Assembly (NCBI GenBank): GCA_963662275.1
Contig: OY759316.1
Location: 2,144,001-2,208,000 of the forward strand
Length of the DNA stretch: 64,000 nt
Direction of reading: 5' to 3'
Source: Candidatus Cloacimonadales bacterium
Lineage (GTDB): Bacteria; Cloacimonadota; Cloacimonadia; Cloacimonadales; DAONDQ01
How positions within the stretch are numbered: the stretch's first letter is position 1; every line of letters begins with the position of its first letter. Positions 30,194 to 40,676 of this stretch are shown one piece after another. Under the pieces are notes generated by a model, which worked only from the letters and a program-made list of their open reading frames with translations, did not search any database and was not told where the DNA came from. A program made the position numbers and the translations under genes.

Positions 30194-31516
30194 TCAAAAA
30201 TCAGTTAATTCTTGGTTATCAGTTTTTATCGTACTAGTATTCAGTTTTGCCATTCCGGTAATACAAGTTGCATGAACTCCGGCAAAATAGATCCAGACTA
30301 AATAATAGAACCTGATAGAACTGGGAAGAGCAGAAGCAGGTATAAACATCAATAGAGAGAAGAAATGGGCACGATAAATCGGACGCATGTCCTCCTCCCC
30401 TTTCTTGATTAAATGCCATAAACAATATAACCAATAGAGATACAAAAAAAGAAACCCCAGGAATATCATAATTCCAAAATCACCCAGGATTTCAAGTGAG
30501 TAATTATGTGGATTGGTCATACCACCTGCTCGCTGCATTCTACCATGCCTCATGATATCTTCAAAGTTTCCACTACCAACACCAACTAACCCATATTGAA
30601 CAAACATATCAATGCCTTCTTTAATCAACTGAACTCTGATTTTAATCGAACTCATTGATGCAGATTGTGATTCAGTATGAATACTTGTTATCTGTTCTTC
30701 AGCATATTTTCCTAAGGCATTCCAAATCACGGGATAATTATGTGCAAAATATAGTGGAATTATGATCAGCAAAGCAATAAAACCTATCTTAAGTGCTCTG
30801 GATGCCCAACGTACCAGGTAGATAATTCCTCCCAGCGCTATTGCTATCATTGCTATCCTGGCACCTTGTAGTATAATAATGATATAGATTGCTAAAATTA
30901 TAAGAATCGTCAGAGTACTGAGAAACCAGCCTTTATTTATACAAGTAGGGACCGTCAGATATGGAAGTAAAAGCAACCAGAAGGCAGCAAGCATGTTTTC
31001 CCCATAAAATGGACCTGTCGGATAGGGAAAAAAAGTACCAAACCATTTGGACGAGGGTAGGTGTTGTCCGCTGCTCAGTTCCCATATGGCTATTCCTAAA
31101 TAGACCATAACGACGATTTGGTAAAAAATAATTAGTAATTTTTGGTATTTTCGAACAAAAAAGAATTGAGTAAAGATGATAAATATTGGTACATAGCGGA
31201 TGATCAGAAAAGAATAATCCAGGACATGCTTTGAGTTATCAGCCCAAAGAATACTCAAAAAGCTATATGCTAACCAAATACAAAGAAAGAGATAAGCTTC
31301 AGATGTGCGTATGTCTAAGATTAAATTTCGCTTCCAGACAAAGTGAATGATAATGCAACTGCCTGCAAGTAAAGTAAATGCATAGATATTCAGACTTGAA
31401 AATACTGGAATAAACTCTAACAAGGCATAGATGAAACATAAGATAGCCAGGTAAGATTGCCAGCTAATTCCTGCGAGTTGCTTCTGATTTTCAACGTTAG
31501 AAGAAGCAAACAACAT
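30194..31516 (-). CDS. O-antigen ligase / Wzy-like polymerase
   Basis: Many TM helices and the Wzy_C signature SIKIR...GVGSGNF...NPHNYSLEILGDFG. Confidence 0.85.
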   Translation of the reverse strand: MLFASSNVENQKQLAGISWQSYLAILCFIYALLEFIPVFSSLNIYAFTLLAGSCIIIHFVWKRNLILDIRTSEAYLFLCIWLAYSFLSILWADNSKHVLDYSFLIIRYVPIFIIFTQFFFVRKYQKLLIIFYQIVVMVYLGIAIWELSSGQHLPSSKWFGTFFPYPTGPFYGENMLAAFWLLLLPYLTVPTCINKGWFLSTLTILIILAIYIIIILQGARIAMIAIALGGIIYLVRWASRALKIGFIALLIIIPLYFAHNYPVIWNALGKYAEEQITSIHTESQSASMSSIKIRVQLIKEGIDMFVQYGLVGVGSGNFEDIMRHGRMQRAGGMTNPHNYSLEILGDFGIMIFLGFLFLYLYWLYCLWHLIKKGEEDMRPIYRAHFFSLLMFIPASALPSSIRFYYLVWIYFAGVHATCITGMAKLNTSTIKTDNQELTDF

Positions 31517-31521
31517 TATGG

Positions 31522-32730
31522 TTAATTTTTATGCTTGAAGGATAATTCAGTGATGATACTTCGAAACAACGACTTCTGACTTTCAGAGGAAAACACTAGG
31601 ATGATGGATAATACACATGCCAGGATAAATGCAGCCAGGGTAACTAAGATCACCGTCAAAGCACGTTTTGGTTTCGATTTTAATCCGGCTAGATTGGGTG
31701 AATCGATAATTTCCATTGAAGGCATATCTCTCAATTCTTCGATTTTAGCTGCTTCATATTGAGGATAAAGATACTCAAATATCTTTTTTTGGATCTCCAG
31801 ATTCATTTTTAATTGAGCAAAACGTAATGTTAAATCAGGAATAGCATCGATTTGAAGTAAATATTTAGGATTCAATTCCGAATGCTTACTTTCCAAATCC
31901 TTTACTCTTTCCGTGACTAATTCCTTCTTTTTTTGTAAAGCTACCATCTGGGGTGAGTCCATACTAAATGAAAGTTTAGCTATCTCGTATTCAAAATTTG
32001 TTTGCATGAGAGTAGTAACAGCTTCGGAATATAAACCGATAATAGACTGTGTTTGTTGGTCTGGATCAATAGCGTGGTACTTCGACTGAAAATCTCGTAT
32101 TGCCATCCCTAGAGAATCAATTTTAGTCCGAATATCCAGGGTATTTTTTTCGAGGAACTGACGTTTCATACGGCTTTTTGAAAGTTTATCGAATTTATTA
32201 TAATTGTCCAATTTTTGTATGTAGTATTGTGCCATTCGTTGAGATAACTGTTTATCTAATGTCTCTATCGAAATAGTAATAATACTAAGTTGAGGATCAA
32301 CACTAATTGAAACCATCTCTGTTTTTAACGAAATCAATGCTAATTCCATAGCGATTAGTGAATCCGGTTTGGTTATCTTCAAATAATGGATTAAATCAAA
32401 TTTCCGTATCACATCTTCTCTAAAAGTCCGACTCTCCATGATTGTGACAAACTGCATACTCAGGTCTTCTTTTGCATTAGGTAGTATCCCTCCCCCACCT
32501 AACATATCTAAAATACCTGAATTTATACTCATACTGCTCGAATTTTCAGTTATTGGTTGGATAGTCGCTGTGGAAATCCACTTTTTTGGTGTTACTAAAG
32601 TATATATGATAGCTCCAATAGCAAAAATCATTGTAAAGATTATGACAAATCTCTTTTTTTGCACTATCGCATATATCAAATCTAAGATTCCAATTTCCCT
32701 TTCGTTCTTGGGATTCACATTAGTATCCAT
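31522..32730 (-). CDS. Wzz/GumC-type polysaccharide chain-length regulator
   Basis: N-terminal EIGILDL plus TM, coiled-coil periplasmic region, and C-terminal IIDSP...KSKPKR plus TM. Confidence 0.85.
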   Translation of the reverse strand: MDTNVNPKNEREIGILDLIYAIVQKKRFVIIFTMIFAIGAIIYTLVTPKKWISTATIQPITENSSSMSINSGILDMLGGGGILPNAKEDLSMQFVTIMESRTFREDVIRKFDLIHYLKITKPDSLIAMELALISLKTEMVSISVDPQLSIITISIETLDKQLSQRMAQYYIQKLDNYNKFDKLSKSRMKRQFLEKNTLDIRTKIDSLGMAIRDFQSKYHAIDPDQQTQSIIGLYSEAVTTLMQTNFEYEIAKLSFSMDSPQMVALQKKKELVTERVKDLESKHSELNPKYLLQIDAIPDLTLRFAQLKMNLEIQKKIFEYLYPQYEAAKIEELRDMPSMEIIDSPNLAGLKSKPKRALTVILVTLAAFILACVLSIILVFSSESQKSLFRSIITELSFKHKN

Positions 32731-32827
32731 CAAATCATTTCCTTGTGTTTTTCTTTATTAATGAGAATTTTTATCGTTTATACGCAAGTAATTTACTAAG
32801 AAACTCACGTCAAGTCAAATATTAGGT

Positions 32828-34540
32828 TTAGTTACTTGTTGTATGATATTTTATCGCTTTTAACAATGTAATGACCTGTGCCTTTTCTACAAAACTCCCT
32901 TTCCTGAATTGTTCCGCCGTATCTCTAGCTAAATCAGTCATACTTTCCAATAATGAGATATTTTCATTATAGGTGGATTTGAACATCTTGCTCAATGAAC
33001 TATTGGTCTGATACCAATATTTAAAAGGATTCATGGAACGCTGATGAATTTCCGGTTTCAGTTTTGAACTTATTTTTATGATTGCCCGGTTTGAGTAATA
33101 CAACCATCGAGGTATGTTGATTTTGCAGTGCGTATGTTCCCATACATAATTCGTAGATGCAGGCAGGTACTTGATCATCCAATCCTGATACAGTTTTCCC
33201 TTAAATCTGTATTCAGGTGGAATAGTCAGTGTATAATCCAGAAAATCATTATCCATAAATGGAGACGCAAATTCTCCAAACTGGCTAATTGCATATAGAC
33301 CATTTATGATTCCATTAAAAGCACGTTCATGTATTGTGAACATCTCATCATTAGGATATCGATGATGTATTCGAGAAATTTGATCAGATATCCTGGTTAT
33401 ATTCCTATTCGAGAAAGCTCCTATCCCAGCATGAGTATATTTGTGATGATTCCCGGATAGATAAGCACCCTTCAATATCTCCCCCACTTGCCCTGTATGA
33501 GTAATTGCAAATTCATCCCAATTAATTATTTGACAGGCACGAAGCTGATGTGCAGCCCCTGCATAATAAATCAAACCATCATTACTAACCAGGTTGGAAT
33601 GAATGTCTTTCAGATAAAGACCATTATCAAGACTGTAGAATAAAAATTCGATTCCCTGGTCACTAGCTATCTTCTGGGCAATGAGATGATCCAAGTAGCC
33701 GGATTGGGAAAATGTTATACCTGTCATATCCTGGTAACCCAGGGATAAAGCTGAGAAAACATTTACACGGCAATCCAAGCCTCCGCTTAATGTTACAAGG
33801 TGTCGTTTATGGAGCTCCCGATCCTTTTCATATTCCAACGTAATTGCTTCCTGAAAGCGTTCATTTACTTCACCTAATATTGCTTCGTAACTTTGAGTAG
33901 TCATTTTTGTATTATCAAGGGAATATAAAGATTCATACTGCACTATTCCGTTCTTTATGATCAGTAAACCCCGTAATTTCTTGATTTCATTGAATAGCGT
34001 TACGTCTTCCAGCATGTAACCATATGTCATCAGACAATAAGCACCTAATTCAGATACTGACAGTGATTTTTTCATTTCCTGAATCTGTTCGGCAACAACT
34101 TTCATATGTGATGATATCAGAAGCCTGTGTTCCACTTGAGAATAATAGATAGGTTTGGAAGAGTATCGATCTGTAAAGACAAACCAAGTCAGTTCTTTTT
34201 TATCATATAAAATCCCGGAGAAGTAACCTTTTAATTGTCTGATGAAACCAATACCTAATTTCTGATACATAGACCATAACAAATCACATAGATCACTAAC
34301 ACCATACTCATTAGATAAATGTTTCAAATTTAGCAGGTTCCCATGAAATCCCAAAGTATAGGAAGGATTGGATATTAATACTTGTTCATTCTTGAACTTG
34401 CTATGAAATGAAAGACAAAATCTGCAATTCTCGGTTTGAAGATCAATTCTTTCAAGTTCCAATAGAGAAGGTAGTTCTGGTATAGGATTTGTCACTTTAG
34501 ATTGATTGTCCAAAACAAGATAACCTGCGAAACCCGGCAT
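32828..34540 (-). CDS. Asparagine-synthase-related amidotransferase
   Basis: Ntn-like N-terminal domain (LKGYFSG..YD, FTDRYSSKPIYY), LSGGLDCR PP-loop and SPFMD. Begins MPG rather than MCG. Confidence 0.8.
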   Translation of the reverse strand: MPGFAGYLVLDNQSKVTNPIPELPSLLELERIDLQTENCRFCLSFHSKFKNEQVLISNPSYTLGFHGNLLNLKHLSNEYGVSDLCDLLWSMYQKLGIGFIRQLKGYFSGILYDKKELTWFVFTDRYSSKPIYYSQVEHRLLISSHMKVVAEQIQEMKKSLSVSELGAYCLMTYGYMLEDVTLFNEIKKLRGLLIIKNGIVQYESLYSLDNTKMTTQSYEAILGEVNERFQEAITLEYEKDRELHKRHLVTLSGGLDCRVNVFSALSLGYQDMTGITFSQSGYLDHLIAQKIASDQGIEFLFYSLDNGLYLKDIHSNLVSNDGLIYYAGAAHQLRACQIINWDEFAITHTGQVGEILKGAYLSGNHHKYTHAGIGAFSNRNITRISDQISRIHHRYPNDEMFTIHERAFNGIINGLYAISQFGEFASPFMDNDFLDYTLTIPPEYRFKGKLYQDWMIKYLPASTNYVWEHTHCKINIPRWLYYSNRAIIKISSKLKPEIHQRSMNPFKYWYQTNSSLSKMFKSTYNENISLLESMTDLARDTAEQFRKGSFVEKAQVITLLKAIKYHTTSN

Positions 34541-34746
34541 CAAAACTCCTACTATTATTCGATAATTATTGTCAAATTCACAGTAAGTTCCTTGTCAAGG
34601 ATTATCCTCTTTCAACATAATTACACTCCAAATTTTGATAGACTTATTCTGAAAAAAAACGTATTTCAAAATTAGTTACTTGACATATGCTTGCACTTTC
34701 AATGTTTCTTATTTAACGAACGGATCAAGAACAATAGTGAGGTTAT

Positions 34747-36885
34747 ATGAAATTGAACATAAAGAATTCTGAACTTTTCGGGAATCATACATTCAACAGG
34801 GAAGTCATGAAGGAAAAACTGCCTGAAGAAGCTTACAATTCCTTGAAAAAAACAATTGAAAAAGGTGAGAGTTTAGATATCAGAATTGCCAACGTGGTTG
34901 CACATGCAATGAAAGAATGGGCATTGGAAAAAGGTGCTACCCACTACTGCCACTGGTTCCAGCCAATGACTGGGACAACTGCTGAAAAACATGATGCCTT
35001 CCTTTCCTTTATCAAAGATGGTATTACAATAGAGAGATTTTCGGGAGAGCAATTGATTCAAAGCGAACCGGATGCTTCCAGTTTTCCTTCAGGCGGTATG
35101 CGTACTACATTTGAAGCAAGAGGTTATACTGCCTGGGATCCAACAAGCCCGGCTTTCCTGATAGAAGGACCGCACAGCTATACATTATGTATTCCGACTA
35201 TTTTCTTAACTTATAATGGAGAAGCCCTTGATGAGAAAACACCTTTACTAAGATCATCTGAAGCACTTAATAAAGCTGCGGTAAAAATGCTCAATCTCTT
35301 AGGTAGGGAGAATATCTACAAAGTGATAACTCACGTTGGTGCTGAACAGGAATATTTTCTTGTTGATAAGAATTATTTGGATCAGCGTTTAGATTTACTG
35401 ATTACGGGTAGAAGTCTTGTGGGTGCTCAACCTCCCAAGGGACAACAATTGGAAGATCATTATTTTGGTTCAATTCCTTCCCGTGTCCTGGATTTTATGC
35501 AAGAAGTTGAGCATGAGTTATACTTACTAGGTATTCCAGCCAAAACCAGGCATAATGAAGTAGCCCCTCACCAGTATGAGATTGCTCCTATTCATGAAGA
35601 AGTGAATATTGCTGCAGATCATAATTTATTAATTATGGAGACTATGAGGAATGTTGCATTACGTAAGAACTTAGCATTATTGCTTCACGAGAAGCCTTTT
35701 GCCGGGATCAATGGCTCTGGAAAACATAATAATTGGTCTATGGTGGATTCAGAAGGCAAGAACTTGCTGGAACCGGGAGATAATCCTTCCAGCAATCTAC
35801 AGTTTTTAATTTTTTTAGTAGCAACTGTTAAAGCTGTATATCAATACGGTGATCTATTACGTGCGGCTATCAGCAACGCCGGTAATGATCATCGCCTGGG
35901 AGCCAATGAAGCACCTCCTGCCATTATCTCTGTCTTCCTGGGAGATCAATTAACTCGAGTCATGGACACAATTGAACAGGGAATTGCCTTTGACGAATTT
36001 GAAAAACAATTTCTGAATGTTGGTTTATCACGATTACCTGTTATTTCTAAGGACAATACTGATAGAAACAGGACTTCCCCATTTGCCTTCACAGGCAATA
36101 AGTTCGAGTTCAGAGCAGTACCATCTTCCATGCCAATATCTTTTCCCAATGCCGTACTGAATACTGCTGTTGCTGCTTCCCTGGATGAAATGGCTGACTT
36201 TCTTTCTCAAAGAGTAAAAGAAAGTATCAAACTCAACGATGCGATCATGATCATGCTCAAAAAAGAGATAACCGAAGCAAAGATGATCAGGTTTGAAGGC
36301 GATAATTACAGCCAGGATTGGGTAAATGAAGCTGAAAAGCGAGGACTGCCAAATTTATCACATACACCTATGGCTCTCAAATCTCTCATTAGCAAGAAGA
36401 ATATGAATTTAATGAATCAGTATAAGATTTTATCCAAAACTGAAGTAGAAGCAAGGTATTCCATCAGATTAGAGCAATACATCAAGCAGATCGAAATCGA
36501 AAGCAAAACTTTACTTCGCATGGTAAAGACTCAGATATTACCTTCAGCCATTAGTTACCAGGGAGAAATTGCTTATTCTCTGAACCAGGTTAGCGCACTG
36601 CAATCTTCTGATGATACTTTAGTTCAATCCTGTACGAAGCAGATGGATTATCTTAGCAGTCTATCCATCAATATCAAGCTGTTAATTTTAACTTCAGATG
36701 AGTTAGAATCAAAGATCAATCATATTCATACCCAGGAAAATGAGGAAAGAAGCGCTTTCTATTGTGCAGAAGAATTAATGCCTCACATGCTCAAAGTTAG
36801 AGATATCTGCGATTTATTAGAAAACACTCTCAGCTTGGATAAATGGCCCTTCCCTACTTACTTGGATCTGCTGTTCAGACTGTAA
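34747..36885 (+). CDS. glnA: Glutamine synthetase type III
   Basis: THYCHWFQP, EPDASSFPSGG, HNEVAP, HEKPFAGINGSGKHNNWS, RLGANEAPP and DRNRTSPFAFTGNKFEFRA. Confidence 0.97.
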   Translation: MKLNIKNSELFGNHTFNREVMKEKLPEEAYNSLKKTIEKGESLDIRIANVVAHAMKEWALEKGATHYCHWFQPMTGTTAEKHDAFLSFIKDGITIERFSGEQLIQSEPDASSFPSGGMRTTFEARGYTAWDPTSPAFLIEGPHSYTLCIPTIFLTYNGEALDEKTPLLRSSEALNKAAVKMLNLLGRENIYKVITHVGAEQEYFLVDKNYLDQRLDLLITGRSLVGAQPPKGQQLEDHYFGSIPSRVLDFMQEVEHELYLLGIPAKTRHNEVAPHQYEIAPIHEEVNIAADHNLLIMETMRNVALRKNLALLLHEKPFAGINGSGKHNNWSMVDSEGKNLLEPGDNPSSNLQFLIFLVATVKAVYQYGDLLRAAISNAGNDHRLGANEAPPAIISVFLGDQLTRVMDTIEQGIAFDEFEKQFLNVGLSRLPVISKDNTDRNRTSPFAFTGNKFEFRAVPSSMPISFPNAVLNTAVAASLDEMADFLSQRVKESIKLNDAIMIMLKKEITEAKMIRFEGDNYSQDWVNEAEKRGLPNLSHTPMALKSLISKKNMNLMNQYKILSKTEVEARYSIRLEQYIKQIEIESKTLLRMVKTQILPSAISYQGEIAYSLNQVSALQSSDDTLVQSCTKQMDYLSSLSINIKLLILTSDELESKINHIHTQENEERSAFYCAEELMPHMLKVRDICDLLENTLSLDKWPFPTYLDLLFRL

Positions 36886-36910
36886 GTGATGAATTAAAAA
36901 AAGAGGTTTT

Positions 36911-37222
36911 ATGCTCACCTTTAAAAATTTTGAAGAAGAAATTCCTGAGAACATTTTAGAAAAAGGAATGGATTACTGTGATGCAAATCGTGTTCAGAAG
37001 TTAACCGAATCAAGTCCCGGTAACTGGAATACTGTTGTTAATGGTTCAAGCAAATTTCAAGTTAGTATTATTTTAGCAGGAGAGAATATCTCCTCCTGGA
37101 ACTGCTCTTGTCACAAGCTTCACGGAGATATTTGCGAACATGTCGCTGCTGTTATCTACGATCTTTATGATTATCTGGACTTTGATGATGATTTTGATGA
37201 AGATGATGACGATGATGAATAA
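36911..37222 (+). CDS. Short SWIM zinc-finger protein with acidic tail
   Basis: MLTFKNFEEEI...CSC-x7-CEH with a D-rich C-terminus. GAGG RBS, 25 bp after glnA. Confidence 0.8.
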   Translation: MLTFKNFEEEIPENILEKGMDYCDANRVQKLTESSPGNWNTVVNGSSKFQVSIILAGENISSWNCSCHKLHGDICEHVAAVIYDLYDYLDFDDDFDEDDDDDE

Positions 37223-37376
37223 GTTTATCACTCCTTAAAAAAATAAATTCAATAAGAAGGAAAAACCGGTTTATAGAAGCCCGAAGTTCAGACTTCCCTA
37301 TAACCAGTTTTCGTTACCAGGGAATGAAATGTCTAGAATTTTAAAAAATACAGCGTAATTTTGGTTATTTCTCACT

Positions 37377-39710
37377 TTATTTTATAAATATAACCTTCTT
37401 TGTCATTTCCATCCCGGAAGAGTGAATACGACACAAATAAACACCAGCAGCTATTTTACATTCTGTTTCATCAGTTCCGTTCCACTGATATGAATTCAAA
37501 CCAGATTTTACTTTTCCTGAGAAGAGAGTTTTTACATGTTGCCCACGAATGTTATAGATGCATATTTCAACGTTCTCTGCTTTCGAAATTGCATAATCAA
37601 TCTGTACTACAGCATTAAACGGATTAGGATAAATAGCAACTGCAGGTCTTTCAATTGGTGGAACGATCGGATCATTTCTTGCAGTTCCATCCCATTCATA
37701 GCAGCCCATATCAATGCGACCACCAAATATTCTTGGTGCACCATTTAAATCATAGGACGGAAGAAAAAGTCCGGTTGTATCCGGTGTTCCTGCATTGATA
37801 CATGGTGAATTGAAATTTAACCGATAATTCAGAGGGTTGCTCATATCACCCCCAATAATATAAGGATTGACATCGATATTACTTTCATGCCAGGTAACAT
37901 GTCCGGTACCGTAGTATTCATGAGTTGCCGATAGCCCACCGACTATGTCATTGTGATCAAGACCATATAGATAATTCTCGCCATTCCCATGATTATCAAC
38001 AAATGAGATTTCATGATAAGTTGTATTATCAAAGATAGAGTTTTTAATCGTTGTATTATTTTCTAAAACAATGGTCGGCATTAAATTATTAGCTACATTG
38101 TTCACAAATGTACAATTATCAATTTGCATATCCATATCCGCATAAGTCATGGAAGAAATAGTCGGATTATAATCGGAAAGGTTATTTGCAAATAGGCAAT
38201 TCTTGATTTTTACTTGTGGATGAAAATTAGATAAATTGTCATTAAAGCCAACCACATTAAAAATACTAGAACCTTGATTATGAGATTCACAATTAGTGAA
38301 CATTGTATTTTCGATAATTACAGAATCAATAACAGAAAAAACAAATACACCTTGAGCACCTGAATCGTCATAATTACTTATGATGTGATCAAAGGAGCTA
38401 TTCCTAATCGTTAAATTTGCTTCTCCGATATACATACAATTGATTCCAAATCCATATGCACTTTTAACTTGCACATTTTCAAATTTCAAATCATTTAAAG
38501 ACTCACCATAAAAAAATGAGTGGCTATTTGTGCTACATGAATCAGCTACAAGATTATTAATTGTAATATTGTTTGATAATAACAAACTAATATATCCTGG
38601 TATGAGTTGCATGTTTGTTTTTAATGTAACATTAGAAATATTAGATTTTTTTACAAAAGAACCTGCAAATGTATGACTATAAATTCCATTTTTAATGATC
38701 GTATTCTCTTCACTCTCCCCAATAAGTGAAACATTACTTTTTATGGGAATTGGATAGATTTGCTGATTTAAATTATCAGAATAGATACCTGGCGCTAAAA
38801 CAACTTTTTTAGGATTTAAACTGTCCGAAGCTACTACCTGCATTGCCCAGGAGATAGTTCTAAATGGCTCAGCAGAGGTTAATCCTGAATTCTGATCGTT
38901 ACCATCAGGGGAAACATATATGTCATGATTGACTTCTTGCCTTATTCCATATGAGGCGGTAATAGTTGCAGTTGTATTTTCAAAAATCTGATTTTGACAA
39001 CCAATATAAAATCTGTTTGGTGGATTTACCGTAACAGTATCCAATACAATATCCGTATGATTGTTCAAGTCAGACAGCCAAATATCCATTCCAGTTCCAG
39101 ATGAATTATTATAGACAGAGCATAGGTTGGTGGAATCAAAAACTATCCGTGACCTGTAACAAAAGATACCTCCACCGACTTCACTTCTGTTGTCTCTAAT
39201 TGAGACGTTTGACAAATTCAAGAATGCATTATCATCTTCTATTCCTCCACCTGCCGTTGCTGTATTATTAAAAATGGCACAATTTACTACGCTAACTCGA
39301 CTTTGATTTTGTATCAATACCCCACCTCCAAAACTGCATGTTGGAATTGAGAGCATTTGGGCGGCTCCATTTGTGATTGAAAATCCCTGGATTAAAATAT
39401 TCTGTTCACCATATTCTATCTTTATACAACTCTCAACCTCATGTCCGTCAATAATTGTCTGACCAATATATGCTGCATTTCCGGTCGTAAATTCCAGGCT
39501 AGCCAAAGTAATTTGCTGCTTATGGTTCAGATTCAGGTTTTCCAGATATCTGCCTGGATAGACAATAATCGTATCCCCGTTGCTGCAACAATCAATAGCG
39601 GACTGGATTGCTGAATAATCTCCTGTTCCATCCAGTTTTACGGTACGAGTAGTACTAGTCAGGATAGAAAACCAAAGAACCAGGATAATGATCGCTGCAA
39701 CAGATTTCAT
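37377..39710 (-). CDS. Secreted right-handed beta-helix (pectin-lyase-like/DUF1565) protein with FlgD-Ig/T9SS-like CTD
   Basis: DYSAIQSAID, PGRYLEN, GGGI repeats, YVSPDGND.NSG, SPCINAG and RIDMGCYE. C-terminal YPNPFN. Confidence 0.85.
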   Translation of the reverse strand: MKSVAAIIILVLWFSILTSTTRTVKLDGTGDYSAIQSAIDCCSNGDTIIVYPGRYLENLNLNHKQQITLASLEFTTGNAAYIGQTIIDGHEVESCIKIEYGEQNILIQGFSITNGAAQMLSIPTCSFGGGVLIQNQSRVSVVNCAIFNNTATAGGGIEDDNAFLNLSNVSIRDNRSEVGGGIFCYRSRIVFDSTNLCSVYNNSSGTGMDIWLSDLNNHTDIVLDTVTVNPPNRFYIGCQNQIFENTTATITASYGIRQEVNHDIYVSPDGNDQNSGLTSAEPFRTISWAMQVVASDSLNPKKVVLAPGIYSDNLNQQIYPIPIKSNVSLIGESEENTIIKNGIYSHTFAGSFVKKSNISNVTLKTNMQLIPGYISLLLSNNITINNLVADSCSTNSHSFFYGESLNDLKFENVQVKSAYGFGINCMYIGEANLTIRNSSFDHIISNYDDSGAQGVFVFSVIDSVIIENTMFTNCESHNQGSSIFNVVGFNDNLSNFHPQVKIKNCLFANNLSDYNPTISSMTYADMDMQIDNCTFVNNVANNLMPTIVLENNTTIKNSIFDNTTYHEISFVDNHGNGENYLYGLDHNDIVGGLSATHEYYGTGHVTWHESNIDVNPYIIGGDMSNPLNYRLNFNSPCINAGTPDTTGLFLPSYDLNGAPRIFGGRIDMGCYEWDGTARNDPIVPPIERPAVAIYPNPFNAVVQIDYAISKAENVEICIYNIRGQHVKTLFSGKVKSGLNSYQWNGTDETECKIAAGVYLCRIHSSGMEMTKKVIFIK

Positions 39711-39734
39711 GACATCTCCATTTTATGCTAATGC

Positions 39735-39758
39735 AGGGCAGGTCTTTTGACCTGCCCT
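39735..39758. terminator. Stem-loop between the CTD-only gene and the beta-helix gene
   Basis: AGGGCAGGTC-TTTT-GACCTGCCCT. Confidence 0.55.
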
Positions 39759-39765
39759 TTACCAC

Positions 39766-40130
39766 TTATTTGAGCAATACCATCTTGTTAGTAACTGAAC
39801 CTTTTTTTGTATCGAGACGGGAGAAATAAATTCCTGAAGAACATTTATTTCCAGTATTGTCAGTACCATTCCAGGAATAGCTGTGAAGTCCCGCATCGAG
39901 AACATTATTTTCCAGACACTTTACACACTGCCCTTTGATGTTGTAGATGTCAAGCTTTGCATGCATCTTTGAGGGTAAGCTAAATTGAATTTGGGTAGAA
40001 GGATTAAAAGGATTCGGATAATTTTGTTTCAGAACTACTCGGGAAGCTACAGGTTGTGATGGGGCTTGGTTGCCAAAAGCTATTTTATACAAAAAAAGAG
40101 CAGCATGAAGAATAACGTGTGTTTGTTCAT
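39766..40130 (-). pseudogene. Signal peptide + CTD-only gene, frameshifted at a T7 tract
   Basis: GGAGG-N5-ATG at 40130 gives MNKHTLFFMLLFF. One extra T in the T7 run (40091-40097) continues it into LYKIAFG-NQAPSQ...NYPNPFNP...KMVLLK. Confidence 0.7.
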
Positions 40131-40676
40131 CTTTTCCTCCGAAAAGCAGTTTGTTGATGATTTATGTTGTTCATATACAAGAACAACGTCCCTATTATTA
40201 AAGTGCTTAATAAATGAAGCTTGGTGGACAGGATTATTATAAATGCTTGGCTTACTACTAGTTAATAATATCAGCATTGGCGATCTGACTTGGAAGGTTT
40301 TTGTTTAAAACTTATAATGTGTAATAGTTGATAACACGTTAAAATACATGATTACCATCGGTACTTACACAGAACTCCCAGAAATGGCAATCCTCGAGTT
40401 TTATCATGTATTGCAAGAATATCTGCATCAGACTAAAACCTAAAACCTATACACTTTTGCAATGGAAGATATTCAGAACCAATAAACCTAAGATTGCTAA
40501 ATAAACTAATAGAATACCTGTAGAAACTGCTTACAGGGAAACGAATAATCGTTCAAATGCAGAACCAAAATCTTGAGTTCCTAAATTATCCATTCAACAC
40601 TCTAAATATGTTCTTTATTCAGTTTTGCAAACAATAAATGTGTATATTTAAAGTCATGCAAGAGATATCTGGAATT

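Noticed and set aside
40260..40445. Possible decayed plus-strand coding fragment (...MITIGTYTELPEMAILEFYHVLQEYLHQTKT)
   Set aside because: It is short, interrupted by stops, and has no family I can recognise.
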